Shown here in pieces: positions 18,102-27,602 of a DNA stretch of 64,000 bases (its first letter is position 1; each line of letters begins with the position of its first letter). Below the pieces are notes generated by a model. That model made no database searches. It was not told the origin of the DNA and saw nothing but the letters and a program-made list of their open reading frames with translations. Made by a program: the position numbers and the translations under genes. Origin of the DNA: Planctomycetota bacterium. Lineage in GTDB: Bacteria > Planctomycetota > UBA8108 > SXIK01. Where the stretch lies: contig OZ244999.1 of NCBI GenBank assembly GCA_965223265.1, positions 3,968,001-4,032,000 on the forward strand, given 5' to 3'.

Positions 18102-18827
18102 TTATCCGTCCCTCCCGTCACTCACCAGTGTACCTATGGTTTCACCTCGAAGCACGCGGCCAATATTTCCACGGGCGTACATGTCGAACACTCGAATCGG
18201 CAAGCGGTGCTCCTGGCACAAGCTGAAGGCCGTTCGATCCATGACCGCGAGCTCTTGGTCAAGCGCGTCGCTGTAGGTGAGCTGTTCATACAGCACCGCA
18301 TCGGATACGGCGTGGGGATCCGCCGAATAGACTCCGGCCACCTTCGTACCTTTGAGGACAACCGACGCTCCGATCTGAATCGCGCGCAACGCTGCCGTGG
18401 TGTCTGTCGTGAAGTAGGGATTGCCCGTGCCGCCGGCCAGAATGATCACTTCACCGGCACTCAAGCAGCGGATGGCGTTTACCGACGAATAAGCTTCCGT
18501 TCCTTCGCACGGCGGCAGCGCGGAAAAGATGCGCGTGGGCACCCCGCTACGGCGCAGCGCCGACGCGAGCGCCAGGGAGTTCATGACCGTCGCAAGCATT
18601 CCCATCGTGTCGGCGCTCAAGCGATCGACACCGCCCCCCTTGGATAGCTGAGCGCCCCGCAGGAGGTTTCCTCCGCCGACGATGATCGCGAGTTCAGCTT
18701 TCCCCGCCTTCAGCCCCGACTCAATCTGCGCGGCAAGTTCCCCGGCACACGACGCGTCGATGCCGGATTCTCCCTTGGGGCAGAGCGACTCACCCGACAG
18801 CTTGAGCAGGACGCGCTGCTTGACCAT
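18102..18827 (-). CDS. pyrH: UMP kinase
   Basis: RVLLKLSGE, VGGGN, DTMGMLATVMN, GGTGNPYFTTDTTAALRA. Confidence 0.97.
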   Translation of the reverse strand: MVKQRVLLKLSGESLCPKGESGIDASCAGELAAQIESGLKAGKAELAIIVGGGNLLRGAQLSKGGGVDRLSADTMGMLATVMNSLALASALRRSGVPTRIFSALPPCEGTEAYSSVNAIRCLSAGEVIILAGGTGNPYFTTDTTAALRAIQIGASVVLKGTKVAGVYSADPHAVSDAVLYEQLTYSDALDQELAVMDRTAFSLCQEHRLPIRVFDMYARGNIGRVLRGETIGTLVSDGRDG

Positions 18828-18904
18828 GAGCCGTTCTCCTCCTCAAGCCTCAGCAGCTCGTTAAAGCAGTTTCGAGCCGACGCGGCCTCTCTCCAAGCTC
18901 GCTC

Positions 18905-19843
18905 TCAAGCAGAGTCGGTAGATGCGCTCGCCTCGACCTTCGCAGCTGTTGCCTCCGGCGTCCCCGCCGCTTTTGACGCGTCGTCGACTGCCGGCGACTC
19001 CGTCGGCTTCCCTGACGCCGCGGCAGCTTGATCGGCTTCGCGTGCTGCGCGTATCTTCTCGGCAACCTGCCGCTTCTCTTCCTCTTCTTTGCGTTTCTCC
19101 GCTTCGGCGCGAGCCTCCTCCTCAAGACGGGCCTTCTCCGCCAGAGCCTGCTCCTCGTTGTACTTGTCACGCCCAGCGATAATGGCGTCGCCGAGAGTGC
19201 GCAGCACCTGCTGCACGGATCGGTAGGCGTCGTCGTTCGCCGGCACGACAATATCGATCGGCGAAGGATCACAGTCCGTGTCAACGATTCCCACCACCGG
19301 AATCCCGAGCTTCTTCGCCTCCAGGACAGCGATGTTCTCGCGCTTGACGTCGATGACCACCAAACATCCTGGCAAGGTCTTCAGATGGCGCAGACCTTCG
19401 AGGTTGCGACGGATTTTCTTGCGTTCACGTCGCAACGCGGAAACGCGCTTCTTCGAGTACTCTTCGATCGCGCCGGTTTCCTCAAGCGCTTCAAGTTCCT
19501 CAAGCCGTTTGAGTCGCGAGCGGATCGTGTGATAGTTCGTAAGGGTGCCTCCGAGCCAGCGTTCGCAAACGTAGTGCATGCCGGCGCGCTCCGCCTCGGA
19601 CTTCACGAGCGTCCTGGCTTGGCGTTTCGTCCCGACGTAGACGATCTGTTTGCCTTGACGAGCGATATTGCTCAGAAAATTCGAAGCTCGGACGAGTCCT
19701 TTGATGGTCTCCCGGATATCGATGATGTGAATCTGATTCCGCTTCCCGAAGATATACGGTGCCATCCGAGGGTGCCAGCGGCTGACCCTGTGACCGAAGT
19801 GGACACCAGCTTCGATCAGATTCTCAACTTGAACGATCGCCAA
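18905..19843 (-). CDS. rpsB: 30S ribosomal protein S2 with C-terminal extension
   Basis: LIEAGVHFGH..RW.P.M, VGTKRQA, ERWLGGTLTN, DTDCDP, PANDDA; TTG start with AAGGAG SD. Confidence 0.98.
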   Translation of the reverse strand: MAIVQVENLIEAGVHFGHRVSRWHPRMAPYIFGKRNQIHIIDIRETIKGLVRASNFLSNIARQGKQIVYVGTKRQARTLVKSEAERAGMHYVCERWLGGTLTNYHTIRSRLKRLEELEALEETGAIEEYSKKRVSALRRERKKIRRNLEGLRHLKTLPGCLVVIDVKRENIAVLEAKKLGIPVVGIVDTDCDPSPIDIVVPANDDAYRSVQQVLRTLGDAIIAGRDKYNEEQALAEKARLEEEARAEAEKRKEEEEKRQVAEKIRAAREADQAAAASGKPTESPAVDDASKAAGTPEATAAKVEASASTDSA

Positions 19844-20173
19844 AAGAGACTCCTTTTTTCAAAAGGCTCACGCGGATCCACTGTGGTCCTTTGACCACCT
19901 GACCTCTTATCCGGCCTCGTGATTTGTCTCTTGCAAGAGACCTCGCGGGGAGGGTGAGGCCCAAGGGCCGCGAAACCAGGGTAAACGCTGTACGCTACCA
20001 CCTCGAAGTACAGGTGTCAACGTTGTAGGTATCCGCCTCGTTTTCAGTTCCGAAATGGCGGCCCACCTCACCCCTGCGCCCAAAAGAGCGCTCGCACTTC
20101 GACGAAAACACGCCAAAACCACGGCCGTGACACGCCCCGAGTCGAGGAGCGAGGCCTGCTCCTCTTCTCCCCT

Positions 20174-21247
20174 TCACTGAGCTGCCGGCCGGTCCCCCTG
20201 CCAGCGCTCCTTCACGAGCTCCTGATTGCTCCGAATGCGTTCCTGGATCCGCACCGCAATGTCCATGGCCTGATAACCCTGCTCACCGGTCACCTCGGGC
20301 TGACGCCCCGTCCGCACCGCGAGCAAGAAGGCCTCCAGCTCAGCCTTCAGCGGCTCCTCATTCGAGACGTTGAGCTGCTCAATGTTGAAATACTGGGTGA
20401 ACAGGGGATAGGCGCCATAGGTCTCCTCGAGCGACGCCATCTTGGAAAAATCCATCTGGTCCAGCCCATAGCCCTCTTTGAGGCTGATCCGCATTCCGGT
20501 TTTGGCGACGAAATCGAGCGAGATGTATGAGTCGGCGCAAAAGACCCGCATCTTCCGATTCTTCTGTATGGCCACTCGACTCGCCTTGACGACCGCGGTG
20601 CAGCCATTGCGGAACGTAATGCGGGCGTACGACAAATCCTCGGTCTGTGAGAGCACGCGCGCCCCCACCGCGTCGAGGTGCTCAACCGGCTGCTTGACGA
20701 TGTTGAGGACGTTGTCGATGTCGTGGATCATGAGATCGAGAATGACGCTGGTCTCGACGGATCGAAAACTGAACGGATGAATCCGGTCACACTCGATGAA
20801 GACTGGATTCTCAATGTAGGGCTCAGCCGCCAGCACGACAGGATTGAACCTCTCGATGTGTCCGACCTGGAGCGTCACTTCCGCCTGGCGGCTCAAATCC
20901 AGCAGCTTACGCGCTTCGTCCAGCGTCGAAGTCATCGGTTTTTCGACGAGGACGGACAGTCCGAACTCAACCATGCGCGAGGTGACTTCGAAGTGCGCGG
21001 GAGTTGGGGTCACCACACTTGCCGCATGCACACTCGCCAGGAGTTCGGGCGTCAGCTCGTAGAAGTACGGCACCCCAAGCTGCTCACCGACTTGCCGGGC
21101 ATGATCGGCGTCGAGGTCGACGACACCGACCAACTCAACGCCTTCCAGCTCGTTGTAGACTCTCGCGTGCTGGCGTCCTAAGTGACCAACACCGACAACC
21201 AGTACACGCACTGGCTCAAAACTCTTCGGACGCCTCACAGTTTGCAT
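20174..21247 (-). CDS. Gfo/Idh/MocA oxidoreductase, GnnA-like (UDP-GlcNAc 3-dehydrogenase candidate)
   Basis: GVGHLGRQHAR, LVEKP, VGHIERFNP, DLMIHDID, ASRVA, EPLKAEL; directly downstream of lpxA. Confidence 0.85.
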   Translation of the reverse strand: MQTVRRPKSFEPVRVLVVGVGHLGRQHARVYNELEGVELVGVVDLDADHARQVGEQLGVPYFYELTPELLASVHAASVVTPTPAHFEVTSRMVEFGLSVLVEKPMTSTLDEARKLLDLSRQAEVTLQVGHIERFNPVVLAAEPYIENPVFIECDRIHPFSFRSVETSVILDLMIHDIDNVLNIVKQPVEHLDAVGARVLSQTEDLSYARITFRNGCTAVVKASRVAIQKNRKMRVFCADSYISLDFVAKTGMRISLKEGYGLDQMDFSKMASLEETYGAYPLFTQYFNIEQLNVSNEEPLKAELEAFLLAVRTGRQPEVTGEQGYQAMDIAVRIQERIRSNQELVKERWQGDRPAAQ

Positions 21248-21280
21248 GATCGCCGCGTTTCTCGCTTCCTCGCTTCGCAA

Positions 21281-22114
21281 TCAGCCACGCTTGGTCAACT
21301 GGCGCGCGCGACCCTGGTTTCCAGCTTCGGTATTCTTCAGAAAGTGAGTGAGGTGTGCAATCGTCTCTTCGTCCGGATACAGCGACAAGAGCTGTTCGAT
21401 CGCCTGCGTACGCGGCAGAGAAGTTCTGAACAAGACGCGAAACGCCTCCTTCAGCCCTGCAGCCTCGCGCTCAGAAAACCCACCTCGCTTCAAGCCGACG
21501 CGATTGACGGACCGTACGCGGCACGGGTTGCCTTCGGCAAGAAAAAACGGCGGAACGTCCTGCGTGACGCGGGCTAACCCGCCCACAAACGCGTACCGCC
21601 CAACCGAAACGTAGTGATGAAGGGCTGCGAGTCCTCCCAAGCTGGCGTGGTGCTCGATGCGGACATGCCCGCCGAGCAAAGCGTTGTTGGCGATCGTGAC
21701 GTGGTCTTCGACAACACAGTCGTGGGCGACGTGACAACTCGCCATCAGCAGGTTGTGGCTGCCGACTCGGGTGATCCCACCACCCTGCTGCGTGCCGCCA
21801 TGAATCGTGACACACTCGCGAATTCGGTTGTGGTCGCCGATGATGACCCAACTCTCCTCGCCGAAGTACTTCTTGTCCTGGGGCTCGGCGCCGATCACGG
21901 CGCCAGGGAAGACTTCGTTGTGCTCGCCGATCACGGTGTTCGCGGCCACTGTGACGTTGTTGTGGAGACGCGTGCCGCTGCCTATGCGGCAGTTCGGTCC
22001 GACGTAGCTAAACTGGCCGAGTTCTGCGTCCTCCGCCACCTCGGACGTCGGGTGGACGTAGACGTTGTCATACCGGAGCGAAACCTCAGTAGTCTTTCGT
22101 GATGACCAGAACAT
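21281..22114 (-). CDS. lpxA: Acyl-ACP--UDP-N-acetylglucosamine O-acyltransferase
   Basis: Hexapeptide repeats, PQDKKY.GE, RECVTIH.GT, HVAHDC, QDVPPF, VNRVGLKR. Confidence 0.95.
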   Translation of the reverse strand: MFWSSRKTTEVSLRYDNVYVHPTSEVAEDAELGQFSYVGPNCRIGSGTRLHNNVTVAANTVIGEHNEVFPGAVIGAEPQDKKYFGEESWVIIGDHNRIRECVTIHGGTQQGGGITRVGSHNLLMASCHVAHDCVVEDHVTIANNALLGGHVRIEHHASLGGLAALHHYVSVGRYAFVGGLARVTQDVPPFFLAEGNPCRVRSVNRVGLKRGGFSEREAAGLKEAFRVLFRTSLPRTQAIEQLLSLYPDEETIAHLTHFLKNTEAGNQGRARQLTKRG

Positions 22115-22168
22115 GGTCCCTCGTAGGTGTTTCAGTCGCGGCTGCCGTCAAGCGCGAGGACGCAGTGG

Positions 22169-22261
22169 GCAGCCTGTTGAAAAGGGCTCTGGAGCCGAAA
22201 TCCGATCTCTTCGCGACCAGATTGCCCGCGACCAACGCGAACAATCGTTGAGATTCTCGAA
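22169..22261. mobile_element. Decayed half-copy of the MITE family
   Basis: GCAGCCTGTTGAAAAGGGCTCTGGAGCCGAAATCCGATCTCTTCGCGACCAGAT aligns by eye to the reverse complement of 54739-54904. Confidence 0.65.
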
Positions 22262-22285
22262 CGGCTTCTTTTCATGTCGATCTCA

Positions 22286-23647
22286 TCATTTTTCTGCAGG
22301 CCCTTCGAAAAACACGAAACGGATCTTTGCTTCGGTGGCGACGCGGCCGTTGACGCGTGCGGAGGCGACGATCGAGGCGCCACGCCTGGAAAAACGAGTC
22401 GCAGTGGCTTCGAGGACGAGTTGATCGCCCGGAACGACCATGCGGCGAAACTTCACATCGTCAAGCGACGAAAGCAGTGCGATGTAACCGGCGGTCCCGA
22501 GTCGATGCGCCACGAAGACACCGCCCACCTGGGCCAACGCTTCGACCTGGAGGACACCCGGCATCACCGGGCGCTGCGGAAAGTGACCCTGAAAGAAGTA
22601 TTCATTCGCTGTCACATTCTTGATGCCGACGATTCTGTCTTCTCCCACCTCCAGGATCCGGTCGACGAGCAAGAACGGAAATCGATGCGGCAGGAGCTTC
22701 TGGATTGCATCAAGCTCCATGCCGCCTGTCGGCTCGGTCGCCGTCGTTGCGCCGTTTCCGGCTCGAGCGACACCTTTCGCCTCGTCCGGGCGGCCAGCTT
22801 CGATACACTGCTCTTGAATGCACTGTGCGAGCTGGACGTTCAACGCGTGCCCCGACTTCAAAGCCTGAACGTGTCCGCGGATCTGCCCTCCCATGAGGTA
22901 GAGGTCGCCGATGAGGTCGAGTACCTTATGGCGGACAAACTCGTCGGCGAAGCGCAGCTCGTTCTCGATCACGCCATCGGGACCAAGGACGATCGTGTTC
23001 TGCGTGGTCGCGCCGCGCCCGAGTCCTTCAGCGCGCAGCACTTCGACTTCCTCGCGCAGCACGAAGGTTCTCGCCGGCGCGATGTCGCGCGCGAAGGCCT
23101 CCTCATCAAGGGTCGCCTCGAAGTACTGGATCCCGACCTGCTGCGCCGACGGCAGCCCGGTCTGCCGGTAGTCGAGCGTGTAGCCGACGCGAAGGCCACC
23201 GTCGAACGGCATGGCCATGACGCTGGCTCCGTTCTGCTGCACGGCCAAAGGGGTCTTCAAGCGCCACTCGCGGCGTGGACGATCCTGCGCTACGACGCCT
23301 GCACTGCGGATCGCTTCGTAAAAGGGCAAGGCGCTGCCGTCAAGTCCGGGGAGCTCCGGTCCGTTGATGCGCACGACGACGTTGTCGACACCCGCTGCCC
23401 AGAGTGCCGCCATGAGGTGCTCGGTGGTGTGCACCTCTGCACGCCCGTCAGCCAGAGCGGTACGACGAGGCCGCTGCGCCAAATTGCTCACGGACGCTTT
23501 GACCGCAGGTTCGCCGTCGATGTCGACGCGCACGAACGAGACCCCGGTGTCAACGTCCGCGGGCACCAACTCAACGACGACTTCTTCACCCGTGTGCAGG
23601 CCGACGCCAGACAGGCGGGTCGAAGACGCTATGGTCCGTTGCTGCAC
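22286..23647 (-). CDS. lpxC: Bifunctional LpxC / FabZ
   Basis: GVGLHTG, TTEHLMAAL, DGSA, EFVRHKVLDLIGD, SGHALN (LpxC), then LPHRFPFLLVDRI, FFQGHFP..PVMPGVLQVEALAQ (FabZ). Confidence 0.96.
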   Translation of the reverse strand: MQQRTIASSTRLSGVGLHTGEEVVVELVPADVDTGVSFVRVDIDGEPAVKASVSNLAQRPRRTALADGRAEVHTTEHLMAALWAAGVDNVVVRINGPELPGLDGSALPFYEAIRSAGVVAQDRPRREWRLKTPLAVQQNGASVMAMPFDGGLRVGYTLDYRQTGLPSAQQVGIQYFEATLDEEAFARDIAPARTFVLREEVEVLRAEGLGRGATTQNTIVLGPDGVIENELRFADEFVRHKVLDLIGDLYLMGGQIRGHVQALKSGHALNVQLAQCIQEQCIEAGRPDEAKGVARAGNGATTATEPTGGMELDAIQKLLPHRFPFLLVDRILEVGEDRIVGIKNVTANEYFFQGHFPQRPVMPGVLQVEALAQVGGVFVAHRLGTAGYIALLSSLDDVKFRRMVVPGDQLVLEATATRFSRRGASIVASARVNGRVATEAKIRFVFFEGPAEK

Positions 23648-23686
23648 GTTGACGTAAACTCCGGCAAAAGCTTCGATGGGCGGCCT

Positions 23687-24247
23687 CTAACGCTGCCTGC
23701 GGTAGGCATCGTTGAGGCGGTCGATGAGCTGCTGAGTGACATCGAACTCCGGCCGATAGTAGTGCACGATCGGCCATTGAAACTCCGGCGTGCCTGCTTC
23801 ACTCGTGGTCACGGCGACCTGCACCACCATGTCGAGATCATTGGCTTCAGCGAACACCTTAATCTCGGCGTCGATCTCCTCACGCATGGCGCGCATGATG
23901 TCGAGTTTCTCCTTGTTCATCTCGGAGAACTTTTTGTTCTGCAGCGCCTTCAGATCGATCTTCCCCTTTTGCGTTCTGGTGATGAGCTCCGCTCGCTGCG
24001 GCCCCGCGGGGACCAGCTCGGCCTCATTCTGTAGCGCTATCAGCTCACGTCTCTTGGCCTCGAGCTCTTTCATGGCAGCTTCGGACTTAACCTCGAGCTC
24101 CGCCTCTTTGTCCTTCTTCTTGAGCAGGCCATCAAACACCAGCGAAATGTCGACCACCGCTGTGCGCGGCGGCGAGAAGCGCTTCCCGGGCCCAACGACG
24201 ACGCAGACGAGAAGGCCGACGACAACGAATGCGAAGGTCCGACGCAT
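23687..24247 (-). CDS. skp: Skp/OmpH family periplasmic chaperone
   Basis: Signal peptide, AVVD beta strand, coiled coil, C-terminal DVTQQLIDRLN; position upstream of the lpx genes. Confidence 0.8.
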   Translation of the reverse strand: MRRTFAFVVVGLLVCVVVGPGKRFSPPRTAVVDISLVFDGLLKKKDKEAELEVKSEAAMKELEAKRRELIALQNEAELVPAGPQRAELITRTQKGKIDLKALQNKKFSEMNKEKLDIMRAMREEIDAEIKVFAEANDLDMVVQVAVTTSEAGTPEFQWPIVHYYRPEFDVTQQLIDRLNDAYRRQR

Positions 24248-24557
24248 ATTGAACTCCTCACTGGACGCGGTCCGCGCCTAAGGTGCCGGTGCGAGGCGAC
24301 GAGGAACGTCGTAGCCATCATCACGGCCGAAAGGCGAGTCATTTTACCGCCCGCGGTGACGGATCGAAAGGAACAACTCCACCCACGTAAGGAATAAAAA
24401 GGATCAAACAAGATCAAACAGTATGTTACAACAAAATCCTCCGATACAGCGGTCAAGCGCGCCTCGTTGCCTCGAAAAAAGCCGAGCCAGGGCTCCGCCT
24501 AGCGTCGTCCCCACAAGGACTGCCGTCAACCAGCACGCGGACGGATTCATCCGGTCT

Positions 24558-25946
24558 CTACGCGATGAAGTCCGCCTCGTCGTCGTAACGCGAGAGATTC
24601 TCGAAGCGCATGATGTGGTTTCGGAAAACGAGCTGAACGCTTCCCGTGGGGCCGTTACGCTGCTTCGCCACGATCACCTCCGCTTTGCCGCGAGCCTCCT
24701 CCTTTTCTGGTTTGTAGTACTCCTCTCGATAGAGCAGAAGCACCAAGTCGGCGTCCTGCTCAATGGCGCCCGACTCACGCAGATCCGACAGACGGGGCCG
24801 GTGGGACTCCCGCGTCTCAACGCCGCGGCTCAACTGCGACAACGCGATCACCGGCACCTGTAGCTCACGGCCCAAGGCCTTCAGGCTCCGAGACACGGCC
24901 GCAATTTCCTGCTGGCGGCTCTCCGAACCGCCGCCAAGCTCCATGAGTTGTAGGTAGTCGATCACGATCATGTCGATCGGCGAGCGAGCGTGAAGACGCC
25001 GCGCTTTGGCCTTTAGGGAGAGCGGCGTCGTCCCGGCCGAGTCGTCGATATAGATCGGCAGGTCACGCAGCCCTGCCGCGCCGCTAATCAGCCCCTTCCA
25101 CTGATTGCTGTCGAGGCTCCGTTGGCGCGTCGCGTGCGCATCGACCTTGGAGTACGTGCAGAGAAGGTTCTGCACGAGCTGCTCTTTGCTGACTTCGAGG
25201 CTGAAGATCGCGACGCGCTTTCCTTCACGCGCCGCCGCTTCCACAAGGTTCATCGCGAAGCTGGTCTTCCCCATGCTGGGACGCCCCGCGACAATGATGA
25301 ACTCCGCCGGCCGAAAACCCGACGTCATGGTGTCCAGATCGTGGAAGCCCGACAGGATGCTGTCATTGTCAGGGCTCTTGCGGTCGAGGTGCTCGAAATA
25401 CTCGTCAACGAGACGACCGACGTCGATGAAATCGGGACCAACACCCGACTCGCCGATGCGAAAAATGACCTCTTCGGCCCGGTCCAACTGGTCACGCGGC
25501 GGGTGAGCCGACTCGTAGACGTCCTGAATCACGCCGCTACAGCTCGCGACCAAGGCGCGCAAGATCCCTTTGTCACGCACCACCCCAGCATAGTAGTCAA
25601 CGTTCGCGACCGTGGGAACGCGCTCAACGAGTTTGGCGAGCGTCTCCATTCCACCAAGACTCTCCGCCAGCCCACGCCGTTCCATCTCAGCGATGACCAT
25701 GACTTCATCGAGTGCGGCGTGATGATCATAGAGATCGCGAAACAGGCCGAAGAGCTGCGCGTGGCGCGGGCTATAGAAATCTTCGTCCCGCAGAATCTGG
25801 AGCGCACTTGCTGCAGCGTGCACATCAACCAAAAGCGCCCCGAGTACGCTCTCCTCCGCCTCGAGGTTGTGCGGCAACTGTCGTTCGCTCGGGACGGCGC
25901 CGGACGACGTCGGCCTAGCTCGCTTTTCGATCACCTGACTCTCCAC
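24558..25946 (-). CDS. dnaB: Replicative DNA helicase
   Basis: PHNLEAEESVLG, AGRPSMGKT, IDYLQLM, LSQLSR, RPRLSDLRESGAIEQDAD, AKQRNGPTG; no intein. Confidence 0.98.
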   Translation of the reverse strand: MESQVIEKRARPTSSGAVPSERQLPHNLEAEESVLGALLVDVHAAASALQILRDEDFYSPRHAQLFGLFRDLYDHHAALDEVMVIAEMERRGLAESLGGMETLAKLVERVPTVANVDYYAGVVRDKGILRALVASCSGVIQDVYESAHPPRDQLDRAEEVIFRIGESGVGPDFIDVGRLVDEYFEHLDRKSPDNDSILSGFHDLDTMTSGFRPAEFIIVAGRPSMGKTSFAMNLVEAAAREGKRVAIFSLEVSKEQLVQNLLCTYSKVDAHATRQRSLDSNQWKGLISGAAGLRDLPIYIDDSAGTTPLSLKAKARRLHARSPIDMIVIDYLQLMELGGGSESRQQEIAAVSRSLKALGRELQVPVIALSQLSRGVETRESHRPRLSDLRESGAIEQDADLVLLLYREEYYKPEKEEARGKAEVIVAKQRNGPTGSVQLVFRNHIMRFENLSRYDDEADFIA

Positions 25947-26164
25947 CTCTCGTCACGGTACCGGTCGAGACCGCTCGGCGTCACTCGCGGCGCGTCAATT
26001 CATCCAGCAACCGCGCGTTACTGCGCTCGCCGGCCAGAAATCGCGCGGCTGACGACAAGGCTCGCTCCCTTGAAGTCAGTCACTCGCGGTCATATGGCAA
26101 ACGCCGTAGCGGTCAGCCCTCCTCAGCAGACGTTCGTTCGGCCGGCACTGCCCACGCAGTGCCG

Positions 26165-26692
26165 TCACTCATCGTCGATCTCGTCCGTCGTCTCGCCTTC
26201 GGCAGCATCAGCCTCCTCGAACGCACGACGACGACTCTCATCACTGTCGTCCCCTTTGACGACCCACACCTTGGCCTCGCACTCGACTTCTGAATGTAGC
26301 CGGACACGAACCTTGTAGATTCCAAGCCGCTTGATCGGTTCGTCAAGGAGGATACAACGAGGGTCGACTTCCAGGTTTTCGTTCAAGAAATTCTGCGCGA
26401 TGTCGCGCGCGGTCACCGAGCCGTACAGGTGGCCTTCTTCCGTTGAGTTCGCGATGATCGTGCAAGAGGCCTTTTCGAGCTCTTCCGCCAAAAGCTGCAG
26501 TTTCTGAATCGTCTCTTGCTCTTCGGCAATCAAACGCCGCTTCATGACCTCGAAGCGGTGGAGGTTGTCTTTCGTCACTTCGACAGCCAAGCCCTCGGGC
26601 AGCAGGTAGTTGCGGCCGTAGCCGTCGGCCACGTCAACGACCTCGCCCAGCTTGCCTAGGTGATCCACGTTGCGCTGTAAAAGTAGCTTCAT
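26165..26692 (-). CDS. rplI: 50S ribosomal protein L9
   Basis: LGKLGEVVDVADGYGRNYLLP, LYGSVT, PIKRLG. Confidence 0.97.
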   Translation of the reverse strand: MKLLLQRNVDHLGKLGEVVDVADGYGRNYLLPEGLAVEVTKDNLHRFEVMKRRLIAEEQETIQKLQLLAEELEKASCTIIANSTEEGHLYGSVTARDIAQNFLNENLEVDPRCILLDEPIKRLGIYKVRVRLHSEVECEAKVWVVKGDDSDESRRRAFEEADAAEGETTDEIDDE

Positions 26693-26789
26693 CCTGCGAC
26701 GACTCCTGTGGTGCTGAAACCCGGGATTTTAGCGCTGGAAGTCACAAAAAGAAACCTCCCTGTCGGCCTGGGAACGCCCACTCGAGACG

Positions 26790-27254
26790 TTAGAACGGTA
26801 TGTCGCTGTCGTCGATTCCGACCGGACCCGGAGCTGGTTCGGACACGCTGCGGGTGACCCCGCCGTGCGAAGGCTCAGGTTGAGGGTACTCGCTGCCGTA
26901 GTCTCGATCGCCGCCTGCGCGCCCACCGGAACGCTCGCCAAGAAATTGAAAATTGTCCCCGACGACCTTCAGCCGTGAACGCTTCTGGCCGTCCTGCTCC
27001 CACGTGTCGAGAGTCAGGCGCCCCTCGACAAACAGCGGCGAACCTTTCTTCAAATACTCACAGAGCACCTCCGCCTGGCGGCGCCAAAACGTCACGTCGA
27101 CGAAGGTCGTGTCCTTCCGGCGTTCGTTGTTGACGCTGTACTCGCGATTCACGGCCAGACCGACGTCCGTCACCGCGGTTCCCTGTGGCGTGTAGCGCAG
27201 CTCCGGATCGCGCGTCAACCGGCCCATCAGCATCACTTTGTTGAAATTCGACAT
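26790..27254 (-). CDS. ssb: Single-stranded DNA-binding protein
   Basis: NKVMLMGRLTRDPELRYT, YLKKGS..FVEGRL, C-terminal DDSDIPF. Confidence 0.97.
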   Translation of the reverse strand: MSNFNKVMLMGRLTRDPELRYTPQGTAVTDVGLAVNREYSVNNERRKDTTFVDVTFWRRQAEVLCEYLKKGSPLFVEGRLTLDTWEQDGQKRSRLKVVGDNFQFLGERSGGRAGGDRDYGSEYPQPEPSHGGVTRSVSEPAPGPVGIDDSDIPF

Positions 27255-27602
27255 ATCGATACCTCCTCCGAGTCTCTTCCATATCCTTCGAGCGCCACAA
27301 CTTCGCCACCCCTCCCGAGCATCTCGCCGGAGCACCGTTGAGGCAAAGCCCTCGAGTGCAGCGCCGTGCAAGTCAACACGGCTTGATCGGCCGGCCAGAA
27401 ATCATTTCGCGGGGGCCCCCATCGACCCGCGCGAACGCCTGCCACTGAGCATAGCAGTCTCGGCGCCAACTTCCACTGTCGATTCGCTGCGTCGTGCGCA
27501 TCGGCACACGTGCCGTGCACAGCTCAGCGCAAAGTGCCTCGGCGGCCGTCAGTCGGTCGAATGGACGCTCTTTCCCCAGACCCGCTTCTCACGTAGGGGA
27601 TA

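Noticed and set aside
22274-24034. 586-aa plus-strand ORF and other long antisense ORFs (e.g. 2452-3660, 25122-26318)
   Set aside because: Mirror frames of well-supported minus-strand genes, typical of high-GC codon bias
24558-25946. Possible intein in dnaB
   Set aside because: Normal length (462 aa) and contiguous motifs
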